DNA of 64,000 nt from Octopus bimaculoides (GCF_001194135.2 NC_069002.1:3757398-3821397); one strand, 5' to 3'. Shown: positions 1 through 10,268, counted from the first letter of the stretch. A program made the numbers and translations. The notes: generated by a model from the letters alone, not told the origin.

Positions 1-479
1 ATATATATATATATATATATATATAGCAGAAGAAATAGAGCTAAGTTGATAAGTGTCAACGGACTAAACTCCCGACCCTTGAGCCACATTGTTGCTTCTG
101 CTAAATATTAATGAAAATATACATATACTCATATTTTGAGTTCTATTCTTCCTGTTTGCATTACCAATATGTAAAACAAATGGAACAGGAGACGGACAGT
201 TGAACGACGTGAAAGGTTCGGAAGTAACAATTCAAAGGGTGATAGACCAAATGTAAACACACAAAAATTAAGAAGTTGTGCACAATAAATTGTAAGCTGA
301 AAAAAAAGGGCGGGGGGTAAAAGAAATAAGCAGACGTTTCGGGTGAACCCTTTATCGAATAGTAAGAAAAGAAGCAAGAAAAATATATAAAACTGCGCGT
401 GTGTAAGAATTTATATTTCTCAAAGAATATAAAGGATACACAGAACGAGGGAAAAATAACCAAAACAGGATAAACATAC

Positions 480-535
480 CTCATGCAGCTGTTCCCTAGC
501 AAGACCGTGTTCCCATTTCGCCGTAGCGTGTCCAT
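480..535 (-). CDS. Probable first exon (coding or partly 5'UTR) of an unidentified gene running leftwards out of the window
   Basis: ATG at 535 reads MDTLRRNGNTVLLGNSCM followed by AG|GTATGT, a good donor (intron starts 479). The surroundings are CpG-rich and promoter-like. Downstream the 124-aa ORF degenerates into F/S/Y-rich intron-like sequence. No family recognised. Confidence 0.4.
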
Positions 536-632
536 TAGTATACTTCCCTAATTTCTTAGACATTGTGTCACACCCTGACGTTGGTGAAGTAGTAAAGTTC
601 CGTCTATCAAGTCATGGTCACACAACGCTACC

Positions 633-645
633 GTTACTAGGAAAC
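633..645. promoter_or_regulatory. RFX X-box-like motif GTTACTAGGAAAC
   Basis: Close match to the RFX consensus GTNRCC(N0-3)RGYAAC, about 100 bp upstream of the ATG at 535. A second imperfect copy GTTCCCTAGCAAG lies at 491-503. Confidence 0.4.
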
Positions 646-1419
646 GGGTACGCTATAATTAGTGTCACGCAACCAACTATGGAACGTCAAAAGTACAATA
701 AATAATTTCTGCATAACGGCATAACTTCAGATACGTGCCTCTTCTTGATACTTTTTTTTTTTTTCATAACTTTCTGAAAAATGCATATTTTTTAAGGAAA
801 TTTTCCAGAGATACATTTCAGATAGTGTAGATAAGGGTTATATTGGAACTTATTGTGAGAGGGGAGAGGAGTTTCGGATAATTCACACACCTCGATGTTT
901 CCTCATAACTTTCTGAAACGTTTCGGACTGTGTTGTTAAGGATTATGTCGGAATTCGATGTGAAAAAAATGACAAGCGATGGTAGAAGATGGGGGACAAA
1001 CACACACATACACACGACGGATTTCAACACAGTTCCCGTCTGCCAAATTCACTCACACTTGGTCGGCCGGGTCTGTAGTAGAAGAGATACTTGCCCAATG
1101 TGTCGCAAAGTGGGACTGAACCAGAAACCACATGATTGCAAAACGAAATTCTTAACCACAGGGCCATGCCGGTGTTTTTTGTTTGGCATTATTTATTTAT
1201 TTATTCAGATAGTGTGTCGTTAAGAAAATTTGGCTGTTATTTCTAGTGTGTTAAGTGGCTGCTTATTTACTGATAAATTTACTCGGGCAGGGGAGATTTT
1301 AGTTTCAACGATGTAGAAATCATGGTGCACCACTGATATTATGCGAAGTGCTTTCCATTCTGAAGGTTGAACTACCAAAAGCTGACAAGCTTCAAAAATC
1401 AATTTTAAAAAAATAAAAA

Positions 1420-1796
1420 GGCGAAGGAGTGGCTGTGTGGTAAGATGTTTGCTTCTAGCTACATGGTTCCGGGTTTAGTCCCACTGCGTGGCACCTTGAG
1501 TAGATGTCCTCTGCTATAACTCTAGGCTGACCAAAGCCCTGTGAGTCGATTTGGTAAACGGAAACTAAAAGAAACCCGTCGTATATGTGTGTGTGTGTTT
1601 ATCTCCTAACATCGCTTAACCGGTGCTGGTTTGTTTACGTCTCTTTAACTTAGTGGTTCAGGGAAAAGAAGTTGATGGATAAGTACCAGGCTTTAAAAGA
1701 AATGGTAAATTTTTTGAGTGACTCGAAATATTTTTTCCGTTTAGGGTGATGCCCCAGCATGGCCGCACACTAACGACTGCAACAACAAAAGAAAAT
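1420..1796 (+). mobile_element. tRNA-derived SINE, family A (near full length)
   Basis: Head GGAGTGGCTGTGTGGTAAG with A-box and GGTTTAGTCCC B-box-like motif; core GGCACCTTG..GACCAAAGCC..GTGAGT..GATTTGGTA..CGGAAACT; (TG)n linker; tail CCAGCATGGCCGCA..AAAAGAAAATAA. The same consensus recurs more than 15 times in the window. Confidence 0.85.
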
Positions 1797-1847
1797 AATT
1801 TTTAAAAGCTTACCAAGGGAGATAACTCTTATATTACTTCTTCGAAC

Positions 1848-2969
1848 ATGGCGGCTGCGGTATTGAGAAACCTCGTCCGAGTCAGTATTTTTTCCAATTA
1901 CTCGATAATCAGACATTCTTGTCCACGTTTATTCTCTAGTAATGCACGAACATCGTTTGCCGTTGTTTACGAAGAGAACGGAGATCCTAAAAAAGTACTG
2001 AAAAGTAAGGAGCATCCATTGCCCTCTAAAATCAAGGACAACGATGTTTTGGTGAAAATGTTGATGTCACCTATTAACCCATCGGATATCAATATGATCG
2101 AAGGAACGTACATGATAAAGCCACCACTTCCTGCTATCGCTGGAAATGAAGGTGTCGGTGAGGTTTTGGAAACCGGTAATAACGTGAAAAAGTTCAAACC
2201 TGGAGACTGGATCCTCCCTCTGAAAACAGCTTCTGGTACATGGCAAACACATGCAGTCTACGGTGAATCCGAAGTACAGAAGATCCCGAACGACATCCCG
2301 CCCTTAGTAGCAGCTACTATCGCTGTTAATCCTTGTACTGCTTACAGAATGATGAAAGATTTCGTCAATCTTGAACCTGGTGACGTGATTATTCAAAATG
2401 GTGCTAACAGTGGTGTTGGTCAGGCTGTTATTCAGTTGGCCTCTGCGTGGGGGCTTCGGACCGTCAACATAGTTCGAGCGAGACCTGACATCGATGTACT
2501 AACAACCGACCTGAAATCACTAGGTGCTACCCATGTTGTCACTGAGGAATTCTGTCGTACCCCTGATATGAAAGCTTTGATGAAGGATCTCGGCAAAGCA
2601 CCGAAATTGGGCTTTAACTGCGTTGGCGGAAAAGCGGCCACCGAACTTCTTCGAAACCTTGCCCCTAACGGTTACATGGTTACCTATGGCGGTATGTCTA
2701 AACAACCGGTTACTGTTCCTACTGGTGTGTTTATTTTTAAATCCTTAAAGCTGGTTGGTTTTTGGATGAGCCAGTGGAATATTGACAATTTCAACACACC
2801 CCAAAAAACCGAAATGCTGCTAGATCTTTGTCATCTGGCACGCCAGTCTAAACTATTAGCGCCAATTTCTGAACTGGTTCCTATCACATCCTTTGATAAA
2901 GCAATTGCTGAGGCTCTCAAGGGATTTAGTAAGAAACAAATTCTTGTTATGGATAAAACTTTATTGTGA
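1848..2969 (+). CDS. MECR: Mitochondrial trans-2-enoyl-CoA/ACP reductase (MDR superfamily), single exon, 373 aa
   Basis: R/S-rich N-terminal mitochondrial presequence; motifs SPINPSDINMIEGTY, GNEGVGEV, VNPCTAYRM, QNGANSGVGQAVIQLA (NADPH binding), TYGGMSKQP and GFWMSQW. Uninterrupted ORF from ATG to TGA. Confidence 0.96.
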   Translation: MAAAVLRNLVRVSIFSNYSIIRHSCPRLFSSNARTSFAVVYEENGDPKKVLKSKEHPLPSKIKDNDVLVKMLMSPINPSDINMIEGTYMIKPPLPAIAGNEGVGEVLETGNNVKKFKPGDWILPLKTASGTWQTHAVYGESEVQKIPNDIPPLVAATIAVNPCTAYRMMKDFVNLEPGDVIIQNGANSGVGQAVIQLASAWGLRTVNIVRARPDIDVLTTDLKSLGATHVVTEEFCRTPDMKALMKDLGKAPKLGFNCVGGKAATELLRNLAPNGYMVTYGGMSKQPVTVPTGVFIFKSLKLVGFWMSQWNIDNFNTPQKTEMLLDLCHLARQSKLLAPISELVPITSFDKAIAEALKGFSKKQILVMDKTLL

Positions 2970-3387
2970 TCTAAATAGCTTAATGGAAGGACCAATATAT
3001 TTTTAAGACTTGCGTAAAACTTTTCTATTAATTAAAACACTGAAAGCTGTAACAATTATCTCATGCAATTAATGTAATAGGTAAAGCTTTAAACATATTT
3101 TAAATATATTATTCATATATAAATATCTTTGCACAATATATATTTGTGAAAATATTGTATATTTGTGGTTTTTATTTCGAATTGTAACGAGTGTTGTAGA
3201 CTAGGTTCCCAGTAAGCTTACAGACTTTTGCATTCTTTGTTTAATCTAATAATTCTTCAAAAATATGTAGCCTAAGGAAGTTACATAGGTGCAGAGATTG
3301 AGGTGCAACCTTTTCCCTTCAATTATTATGGTCATTAGTCAATCCAGGCTCAGACCCCATCATGCAGTGACTCAGTAAGCAGAAAAC

Positions 3388-3585
3388 CTAGTGATGCACG
3401 CACATCGTTTGCTGTCGTTTATGAACAGCTCAGATATCCTAAAAGGGTGTTGGAAGGTAAGGAGCATAATTTTTTCCTCTAGAATCAAGGACGACGATGT
3501 TTTGGTGAGAACGTTCATGCCACCTATAAAGTTGGCAGACATCAATATGGCTGAGGAAACATACATGATAAAACCACCATCCCTT
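3388..3585 (+). pseudogene. MECR: Degenerate partial duplicate of the MECR 5' CDS (copy of about 1936-2132)
   Basis: ctagtgatgcacgcacatcgtttgc...atcaaggacgacgatgttttggtga...catgataaaaccacc aligns to ctagtaatgcacgaacatcgtttgc...atcaaggacaacgatgttttggtga...catgataaagccacc. There is a +1 frameshift after gagcat. It translates RIKDDDVLVRTFMPPIKLADINMAEETYMIKPP versus KIKDNDVLVKMLMSPINPSDINMIEGTYMIKPP. Confidence 0.85.
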
Positions 3586-3838
3586 GAATACTCTTGCAAA
3601 AGCAAAAACTAACTGCCTTCAGATTTTCTTCAATGAAAAGAGAGTTGCACCAGGTTCCAGTCCTGTTTTAGCTTGGCTCCTACAGCTCGATTCCTGCCGC
3701 TACTAATGCCAACCATTTTACAGAGTGTACTGGGTGTCTTCTATGTGTTACCAGCACCGGTGCCTTTTACATGTCCTCAGCACTGGTCATGACCACTTCA
3801 CTTAGCCTGACATGTCTTCTCAAGCACAGCCAATTGCC

Positions 3839-3879
<41 letters not shown>

Positions 3880-4217
3880 NNNNNNNNNNNNNNNNNNNNN
3901 NNNNNNNNNNNNNNNNNNNNNNNNNNNNNNNNNNNNNNNNNNNNNNNNNNNNNNNNNNNNNNNNNNNNNNNNNNNNNNNNNNNNNNNNNNNNNNNNNNNN
4001 NNNNNNNNNNNNNNNNNNNNNNNNNNNNNNNNNNNNNNNNNNNNNNNNNNNNNNNNNNNNNNNNNNNNNNNNNNNNNNNNNNNNNNNNNNNNNNNNNNNN
4101 NNNNNNNNNNNNNNNNNNNNNNNNNNNNNNNNNNNNNNNNNNNNNNNNNNNNGAACTACTTGGCAAAATTGTTAATTATTAATTCTATTATTAATTGACG
4201 ATTCCCTGCCCTTATTC

Positions 4218-4288
<71 letters not shown>

Positions 4289-4312
4289 AAGAGTGTTGTC
4301 ATAGTTTGTAAA

Positions 4313-4625
4313 GGCGCCTGACTCAGTGGTTATCAGGCTCACAATCATGAGGCAGTGAGTTCAATTCCCAAACTGGGCTGTGTTGTGTTCTTGAGCAAGA
4401 CACTTCATTTCACATTGCTCCAGTCCACTCAGCTGTAGAAATGAGTTGTGACGTCACTGTATCAGCCTTTGCCTTTCCCTTGGATAACATCAGTGGCATG
4501 GAGAGGGGAGGATGGTATGCATGGGTGACTGCTAGTCTTCTATAAACAACCTTATCCAGACTTGTGCCTGGGAGAGGAACTCTCTACATGCATCCCATGG
4601 TTGTTCATGACTGAAAGGGATCTTC
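4313..4625 (+). mobile_element. tRNA-derived SINE, family B
   Basis: Head GGCGCCTGACTCAGTGG...GAGTTCAATTCCC (A/B boxes) and core GTGTTGTGTTCTTGAGCAAGACACTT..TTGCTCCAGT..ACTCAGCTGTAGAAATGAGTTG. A second copy lies at 14147-14360. Confidence 0.75.
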
Positions 4626-5181
4626 TAGTTTGGTTCTTAAATTAGCTAATAATTTGATTTGATATTAAATAGGATTTTTACATTAAAAACTAAAATTTAA
4701 AGGAGCAATTAACCCTAATTTTAAAAAACTGTAGTGTGCTGTTCTAAACAGTGGAGTTGTCAGCTCCATAAGGAGAACATGGGATCAAACAACACCAGCC
4801 GTATCTGTAGAGCTATTTCAACTTTTGATATGAATGATAAAAGTCAAGCAATTAACTTAGAAATAGAACAACTTTATTATTCCTCGACCTCATACAGCAG
4901 TTGGTTACCAACTTGATTCTGAAAGATACAAACTTTTTTCCTTTATTTATTCATTTATTAATATTATTATTTGTAACATTATCTTGTCATATTCTTTTAT
5001 TACATTAATATATATACAGTCATGGCCAAGTATCAACGACCCATATGGCAGGCTTGATAATTGCTAAGAAATCTTACATGAACCCAATGGTAGCCCCTCG
5101 TTAACCTACTAATAAAGAATATTTATCCACCAATGCAGTGTTGAACACTTATTCTCACTGTTCAATATTAGCATGTATGTG

Positions 5182-5217
<36 letters not shown>

Positions 5218-5512
5218 GATCTTAAGCTAACATCCAAGGTATGATTGATCTTAAGCTAAGATCCAAAGCATGATTGATCTTAAGCTAAAGATCCAAGGTA
5301 TGATTGATCTTAAGCTAAAGATCCACAGTGTGATTAATTTTGGGGAAAGATCCAAGATATGATCGACTGTCAGCTAAATATTATTGATTTTTGGTTAAAG
5401 AACCTAGGTACGATTGATCTTAGACTAAAGATCCAAAGTATGACTGATCTGCTAAAGATACAAGGAATGATAGGTCTTTCGGTTAAAGATCCTAAGTATA
5501 ATTTATCTTAGG
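5218..5512. repeat. 29-30 bp tandem minisatellite, about 10 units decaying rightwards
   Basis: Unit GATCTTAAGCTAA(A)GATCCAAGGTATGATT. The first four units are near-perfect and later units are degenerate. Confidence 0.85.
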
Positions 5513-5695
5513 CTCATTATTGATGCCCCTGTTACGCTTCACCCTGTTACGTGTGTGGCTGTGACATCCTAAAGTTCAGAAGGTGAGTGTCACTAAAGGC
5601 ACTGCAAATATGTGACTGGTATTCATGTAGGGATTAAATGAATCCTGCAACATTGTAGAAACTGTAATGTCCTTTTCAACCCACATATACACATT

Positions 5696-5806
5696 TCAAT
5701 GAGCAGCATCCATCAAGTCCAACAGGTCTTCCTCAACTTCGGAGGCCGAGTTCACCTCAACAGACATTTCTCCCATGATCCGATTCAGTTCATCACTTGA
5801 CTGTTT
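5696..5806 (-). CDS. OSCP1: OSCP1 exon 10 (terminal; KQSSDELNRIMGEM...DLLDLMDAAH*)
   Basis: Acceptor ctctcgacAG, phase 0, TGA at 5696-5698. Resembles the vertebrate C-terminus EELARIMGEF...DDLLAMMDEL. Confidence 0.88.
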   Translation of the reverse strand, partial: KQSSDELNRIMGEMSVEVNSASEVEEDLLDLMDAAH

Positions 5807-6026
5807 CTGTCGAGAGAAAACAAAACAAAAATATAAGCATCATCAGCATCATCTCCATCATTGTGACTACACAACTATTCTTACCACCATATACACAATC
5901 CAAACCCTGCGCTACCCACACACCCAGTCTTTCCACCCAGAATATTTTTTCCCCACGGAATTTCTTCCTTGCTCATATTTTTCCTACAGAGAGAAACTTG
6001 CAGCTGTTCAAAATAATCGTCTACAT

Positions 6027-6319
6027 CAGTGGTTCTCAAAGATTTTGGGGGTTCCATGCAACAAAATACTAAACTGGGGGTCCACAATAGTATTTTAAGG
6101 GCCCCTAAAATATTCTGCTTTAGATGTGTGTATTGGTATGTATTAGAAGAAACAGTTAGGTTTCTTTCTCCAACATTTTACATAATTCAACCAACACGAG
6201 TTAATGTGTGAAAAACAAAATGGGAATTTCAAAACAAGTGCCTGGGAGGTGGGAGGTACACTAGAATAAAATAGTAATCAAAGGGGTTCAGAGATTAAAA
6301 AAATGGTTGAGAACCCCTG
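6027..6319 (+). mobile_element. hAT-type MITE with TIRs and 8-bp TSD
   Basis: TIRs CAGTGGTTCTCAA / TTGAGAACCCCTG; flanks GTCTACAT (6019-6026) and ATCTACAT (6320-6327). A reverse-orientation relative lies at about 23046-23364. Confidence 0.85.
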
Positions 6320-6578
6320 ATCTACATCATTTCATCTCACCAGTCTTGGAGGGACCTGCAAAAGCTATGGATACAGCCCCTTCCCTCCACTGGATTATTA
6401 TCTCTGGATTACATCAATACAGGATCCTAGGGGTTCAGCAAAACAGGCCAATAGAGTAAGAACCAGAGCTAAAAGGGAAAAATAAACATTTGGGTTGCAG
6501 TCCAATGACAGAAACGAGTCGAAAGAAGATAATTAATGTTAATCATTTCTGTTAATTAAATAATAACAATTAGCAAAC

Positions 6579-6636
6579 CTTTGAGGCATCAATCATAATC
6601 TCCAAGGGTTTTGTAGCATCTCTGATAATAGAGGGT
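6579..6636 (-). CDS. OSCP1: OSCP1 exon 9 (PSIIRDATKPLEIMIDASK)
   Basis: Acceptor ccatttcAG, donor AAG|GTTTGC, 58 nt, phase 2->0, fitting both neighbours. Confidence 0.8.
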
Positions 6637-7106
6637 CTGAAATGGAAAGAAGAGAAAAAAAAAAGGGAAAATGCCAAGAATTTAGAGAAGAAACATGGCT
6701 GCGTGGTTGAGAAGCTTGCTTTACAGCCAGATGGAGGGCAGTGTTGAGGGAAGGGGCTTTATCTCAGGGGATGAGAGGTTAAAGTATGACAGAGGGGAGA
6801 GAAACAGGTTTCTTGTTCTAGGGAAGATACATGCATGCAAGTGTATGTAGGTCAATAAGTAGGCATACATGCATGCATCTAAGCCTTTGGTGTACATGAG
6901 AATGGTGTGTGTGTGTACCCCCTTTAGGTGTATATGTGTGCATATGAAATTCTGAATGTTAAAAACAAACTCAACACATATATTTTTTATTAATGTCAGT
7001 TTGTGCAATTGTTTTAATTTACAGACCTAGTCTACCGCAGGACAACACACCAACTTGAACTTACACAATAAATCAAACAACAAACAAGCTAAATAGAGTG
7101 ACGTAC

Positions 7107-7261
7107 GGAGTGATGCTGTTTTCGTCATCATCTTTGTCCTCTGGAGTTGAACAGAACAGGTTGAGTTCTATTTCTGGTTTCTGTGACGTGCTTGCCATTC
7201 CGATCAGACGGGAGAGAAGCTGGAGCTGGGCCAGGGCATTAGCATCAGAACTGTTATCTGT
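7107..7261 (-). CDS. OSCP1: OSCP1 exon 8 (TDNSSDANALAQLQLLSRLIGM...ELNLFCSTPEDKDDDE)
   Basis: Acceptor tacttccAG, donor CC|GTACGT, 155 nt. Matches the OSCP1 pattern LNFLARLMG...RLNLF..DEEEE. Confidence 0.85.
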
Positions 7262-7459
7262 CTGGAAGTAATAAAGAAAGGAGTGATTAGAGAAGTGGAG
7301 GGCTTACGATGGGCAGTAGGAGGCATGTGGTTGTGTGGAGAGGACATCTGGAGATATGTTGTGCATGTACAGCAGCTAACTGGCACTCCCTCAGAATGTG
7401 ATGAAGCTGGCCCTTTGAAATACACACATACACACACACATATATGTATGTATATGTGT

Positions 7460-7710
7460 GTGTATGCATGTGTTACTGTTGCCTTGCCTTAACACTGTGT
7501 GATAGTTGTAAACAAGTGTCACCATCATGCAAGCAGAGTTGTTTGTTCCCAATCTTCCATGGAAACATGGGGAATATATCACCAGACTCGGAAACAGGTG
7601 AAGATTAGCAAGAGAAGAGCATCAAGCCAGAGAAAATCCATCTCAACCAATTCCATTGAACCCATGCAAGCATGGAAGAGTGGACATTAAATGATGACGA
7701 TGAAGATGAT
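7460..7710 (+). mobile_element. SINE body with RTE-like 3' tail (family E)
   Basis: Ends CCCATGCAAGCATGGAAGAGTGGACATTAAATGATGACGATG, like the RTE 3' ends in this window. Related copies lie at about 25320-25560, 31970-32180(-), 51040-51270, 56000-56190 and 57150-57360(-). Confidence 0.7.
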
Positions 7711-7796
7711 GGTGACTAAATTAGTTCCTTTAATCGTGGAAAAAGAGATTAAAAAGTGAAGAAAACAGAACAAAAACAAAAGAGAAGGAATAATAC

Positions 7797-7875
7797 CCCG
7801 TCTGGTCCACCTCGGCATGATAAAGAACTCTTGCTTTTGCCATCAGCAGTTACAATGTGATTGTCATTGGCATAT
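7797..7875 (-). CDS. OSCP1: OSCP1 exon 7 (YANDNHIVTADGKSKSSLSCRGGPDG)
   Basis: Acceptor tttttctAG, donor GGG|GTATTA, 79 nt, phase 2->0. It is poorly conserved in sequence but is the only candidate I found that keeps the frame. Confidence 0.7.
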
Positions 7876-8376
7876 CTAGAAAAATAGAAAACATGAAAGA
7901 CATATTAGTTTCAAATTTTGCCACAGAGCCAGCAATTTCGGGGGTGGGGGGGTCAAGTCGATTACATCAACTTCAGTGTATCACTGGTACTTAATTTATC
8001 GACCCTGAAAGGAGGAAAGGCAAAGTCAACCTCGGCGGAATTTGAAATCAGAACATGAAAAAGGATTTTGCCTGATGGGTTAATAACTCTGCCAGCTCAC
8101 CGCTTTTGTGCAAGACACTATATTGATTTTAAATTTTGGCACAAAGTCAGCAGTTTCAAGGGAGGGGGGGGGTCAAGTCAACTACATCAACCCCAGTGCA
8201 CAGCTGGTACTTATTTTATCAACCCTAAAGCACTTTTCCCAGCATGCTAACACTTCTGTCAATTTGCCACCTTCATGAAAGACATTCATATCTAAAATAT
8301 CAAGAAGTTCAAAATCACATGGTTTCATGTTCAGCCCCAGTTATGCAACTCAAAATATACAAAAATTTCCCCTTAC

Positions 8377-8502
8377 ATGTTACATCCCAGTTTTGTTCCT
8401 CGGTCTCCTTTTGGCTCTATGGACCCTTTTACTGATGGTAAGTACCGACCTCCAGGATTTGCAGAGATGGATTTCACAAGTTTGCCGTTTTCATTGAAAG
8501 AC
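8377..8502 (-). CDS. OSCP1: OSCP1 exon 6 (SFNENGKLVK...GDRGTKLGCN)
   Basis: Acceptor gtttcttAG, donor AT|GTAAGG, 126 nt. Matches the OSCP1 motif GDRxxKLGxN. Confidence 0.9.
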
Positions 8503-9228
8503 CTAAGAAACGAATTGAAAATTAAAATTTTAAATATGGAACCGGTAAACACATGCACACATATGCAGGCACAAGAATTTTTTGGCAAGCTCTTCAGAAT
8601 GCGTGTAGCAGACAAAAAATTCTTTGTTTCACTTTATTTTATTTCATTCTATTTTGTTTCCTTGGAAAATTATAAGACTTTCTGTACGTATATATAAATA
8701 AAGTAAGGAAAAATTCCCTCGTTTCTTCTAACAAACCTTATTCCTATTAGCAACATATGTGTGTGTGTGTGAGAGAGAGAGAGAGAAAGAAAGAGTGTGT
8801 GTAATCATTTAATATCTGTTTTCCATGCTGGCATGGATGGACAGTTTGACAGCAGGAAGACTGCTCCAAGCTCCAACTATCTTCTTTGGCATGATTTCTA
8901 TAGCCGGATACCCTTCCTAATGCCTACCACATTACAGAGTGTACAGGGTGATTTGTTTATGTAGCACCAGCAAGGGTCACAAAGTAAACTTGCAAGACAA
9001 AGACCCCTCAACTGAAGTGGGGGAGTAGCTTCGTGCCAGGTGATGAGAGATTGGAATATAACAGAGGGACAGAATCAGATGTCTTACAGTGAAGGAGGTA
9101 GATGGGCAATCCCAGTTAGAATAAAAGAGAGGAGAGAGAGAGATAGGAAACGGTGAAAAAGATGTGCTGAGGCTTACAAAGAGGTGTATTTAAACAAATG
9201 AAATGAAGATGGTAATTAAATCTCTCAC

Positions 9229-9332
9229 CTAATAACAATAGGAATCTCTGTGTTCCATGCAACTTGACCAGACCGAGACAAAACAAAGGAACCGTCAGCA
9301 TTTTGAATTTTCTCTTTTAAATATATGGACAC
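9229..9332 (-). CDS. OSCP1: OSCP1 exon 5 (VSIYLKEKIQNADGSFVL...)
   Basis: Acceptor gctttccAG, donor AG|GTGAGA, 104 nt. Matches VSxFLKxKxQNxxGxFVL. Confidence 0.92.
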
Positions 9333-9497
9333 CTGGAAAGCAAGGAAACGTATAGAATACAATATAATGTAATATTGTGTGTGCATGCATGTGTGTGTAT
9401 ACATGTGTATGCATGTGTGTGTGTAGACGTGTATGTGCGTGTGAGGAGGTATATAAGGAAGAGATTGAGGAGGAGGAGGAGGATAGTGGTCACTTAC

Positions 9498-9578
9498 CCT
9501 GACGTGAATATCTTGGAAGAAACTTAACGCCGTCTGACGCAAAAGCTGAAATTCACCATCTGATAACTCAGAATACAC
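9498..9578 (-). CDS. OSCP1: OSCP1 exon 4 (VYSELSDGEFQLLRQTALSFFQDIHVR)
   Basis: Acceptor tgtacacAG, donor AGG|GTAAGT, 81 nt. Conserved GEFQLxRQTxxxFFQD motif. Confidence 0.94.
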
Positions 9579-10036
9579 CTGTGTACAGAATCGAAAGTCA
9601 GAATTCAGGGAAAAGCATTTCAACAAATTTTCTGTTTTGACAAAAAAAAAAAAAAAAAAAAAAAAGGTGGGTACAGAAAAAATTTCCTGATACCATGAAC
9701 ATTACATTGTTTGCGAATAGCATTCGCTATTTTCAAGTGTCTATAAGATTGATAAAGGTCAGCTGGACACACACACACATACAAGATATACAATGTAAGT
9801 TTATCATCACAATCATCATCATCATTATCAACATCATCATCATCGTCATTATCATCATCATCACCATCATCACAATTGGACCTTTTGAACTTCTCTGTGT
9901 AACTCAGAACTATTCCAAACGTAGGTAGGTAGGTAGATGGTGGTGGTGATGGTGGTGGTGATGGTGATGATGGTGATGGTGGTGGTGTTGGTGGTGGTGG
10001 TGATTAGCACATAAGACAATTAAAATAAAACCAAAC

Positions 10037-10204
10037 CTTGATAAACTTTCTGTTGATGTTCGTCACCTGCTGCAGGGTGCTGGCATTGTCTTTGACCATT
10101 TCCATAATGGCCTCAAGGTGGTTCATTGTAATGAAGAGGATCTCTTTGGGTTGCAGACACATCAGAAATTGGTACTTCACACCCATTGTCATCAAATCAT
10201 ATAA
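10037..10204 (-). CDS. OSCP1: OSCP1 exon 3 (LYDLMTMGVKYQ...RKFIK)
   Basis: Acceptor gtttctAG, donor AAG|GTTTGG, 168 nt. Contains the hallmark LYDLMTMxxKYQ. Confidence 0.94.
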
Positions 10205-10225
10205 CTAGAAACAACAACAACAACA

Positions 10226-10268
<43 letters not shown>

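Noticed and set aside
161-535. 124-aa ORF as a complete protein
   Set aside because: A strong donor follows codon 18, and the remainder is low-complexity F/S/Y intron-like sequence.
1420-1500. tRNA genes at SINE heads (also 4313, 14147, 24032, 49273)
   Set aside because: A/B boxes are present but there is no closed cloverleaf or acceptor stem, and the sequence continues into a shared SINE core.
1848-2969. Bacterial horizontal transfer or contamination explaining the intronless reductase
   Set aside because: It has a mitochondrial presequence and animal MECR-type motifs, and is contiguous with host SINEs and a local pseudo-copy.
5218-5512. CRISPR-like array (29-30 bp repeats)
   Set aside because: The units are contiguous with no unique spacers, there are no cas genes, and the context is a eukaryotic intron-exon genome. 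It is a minisatellite.
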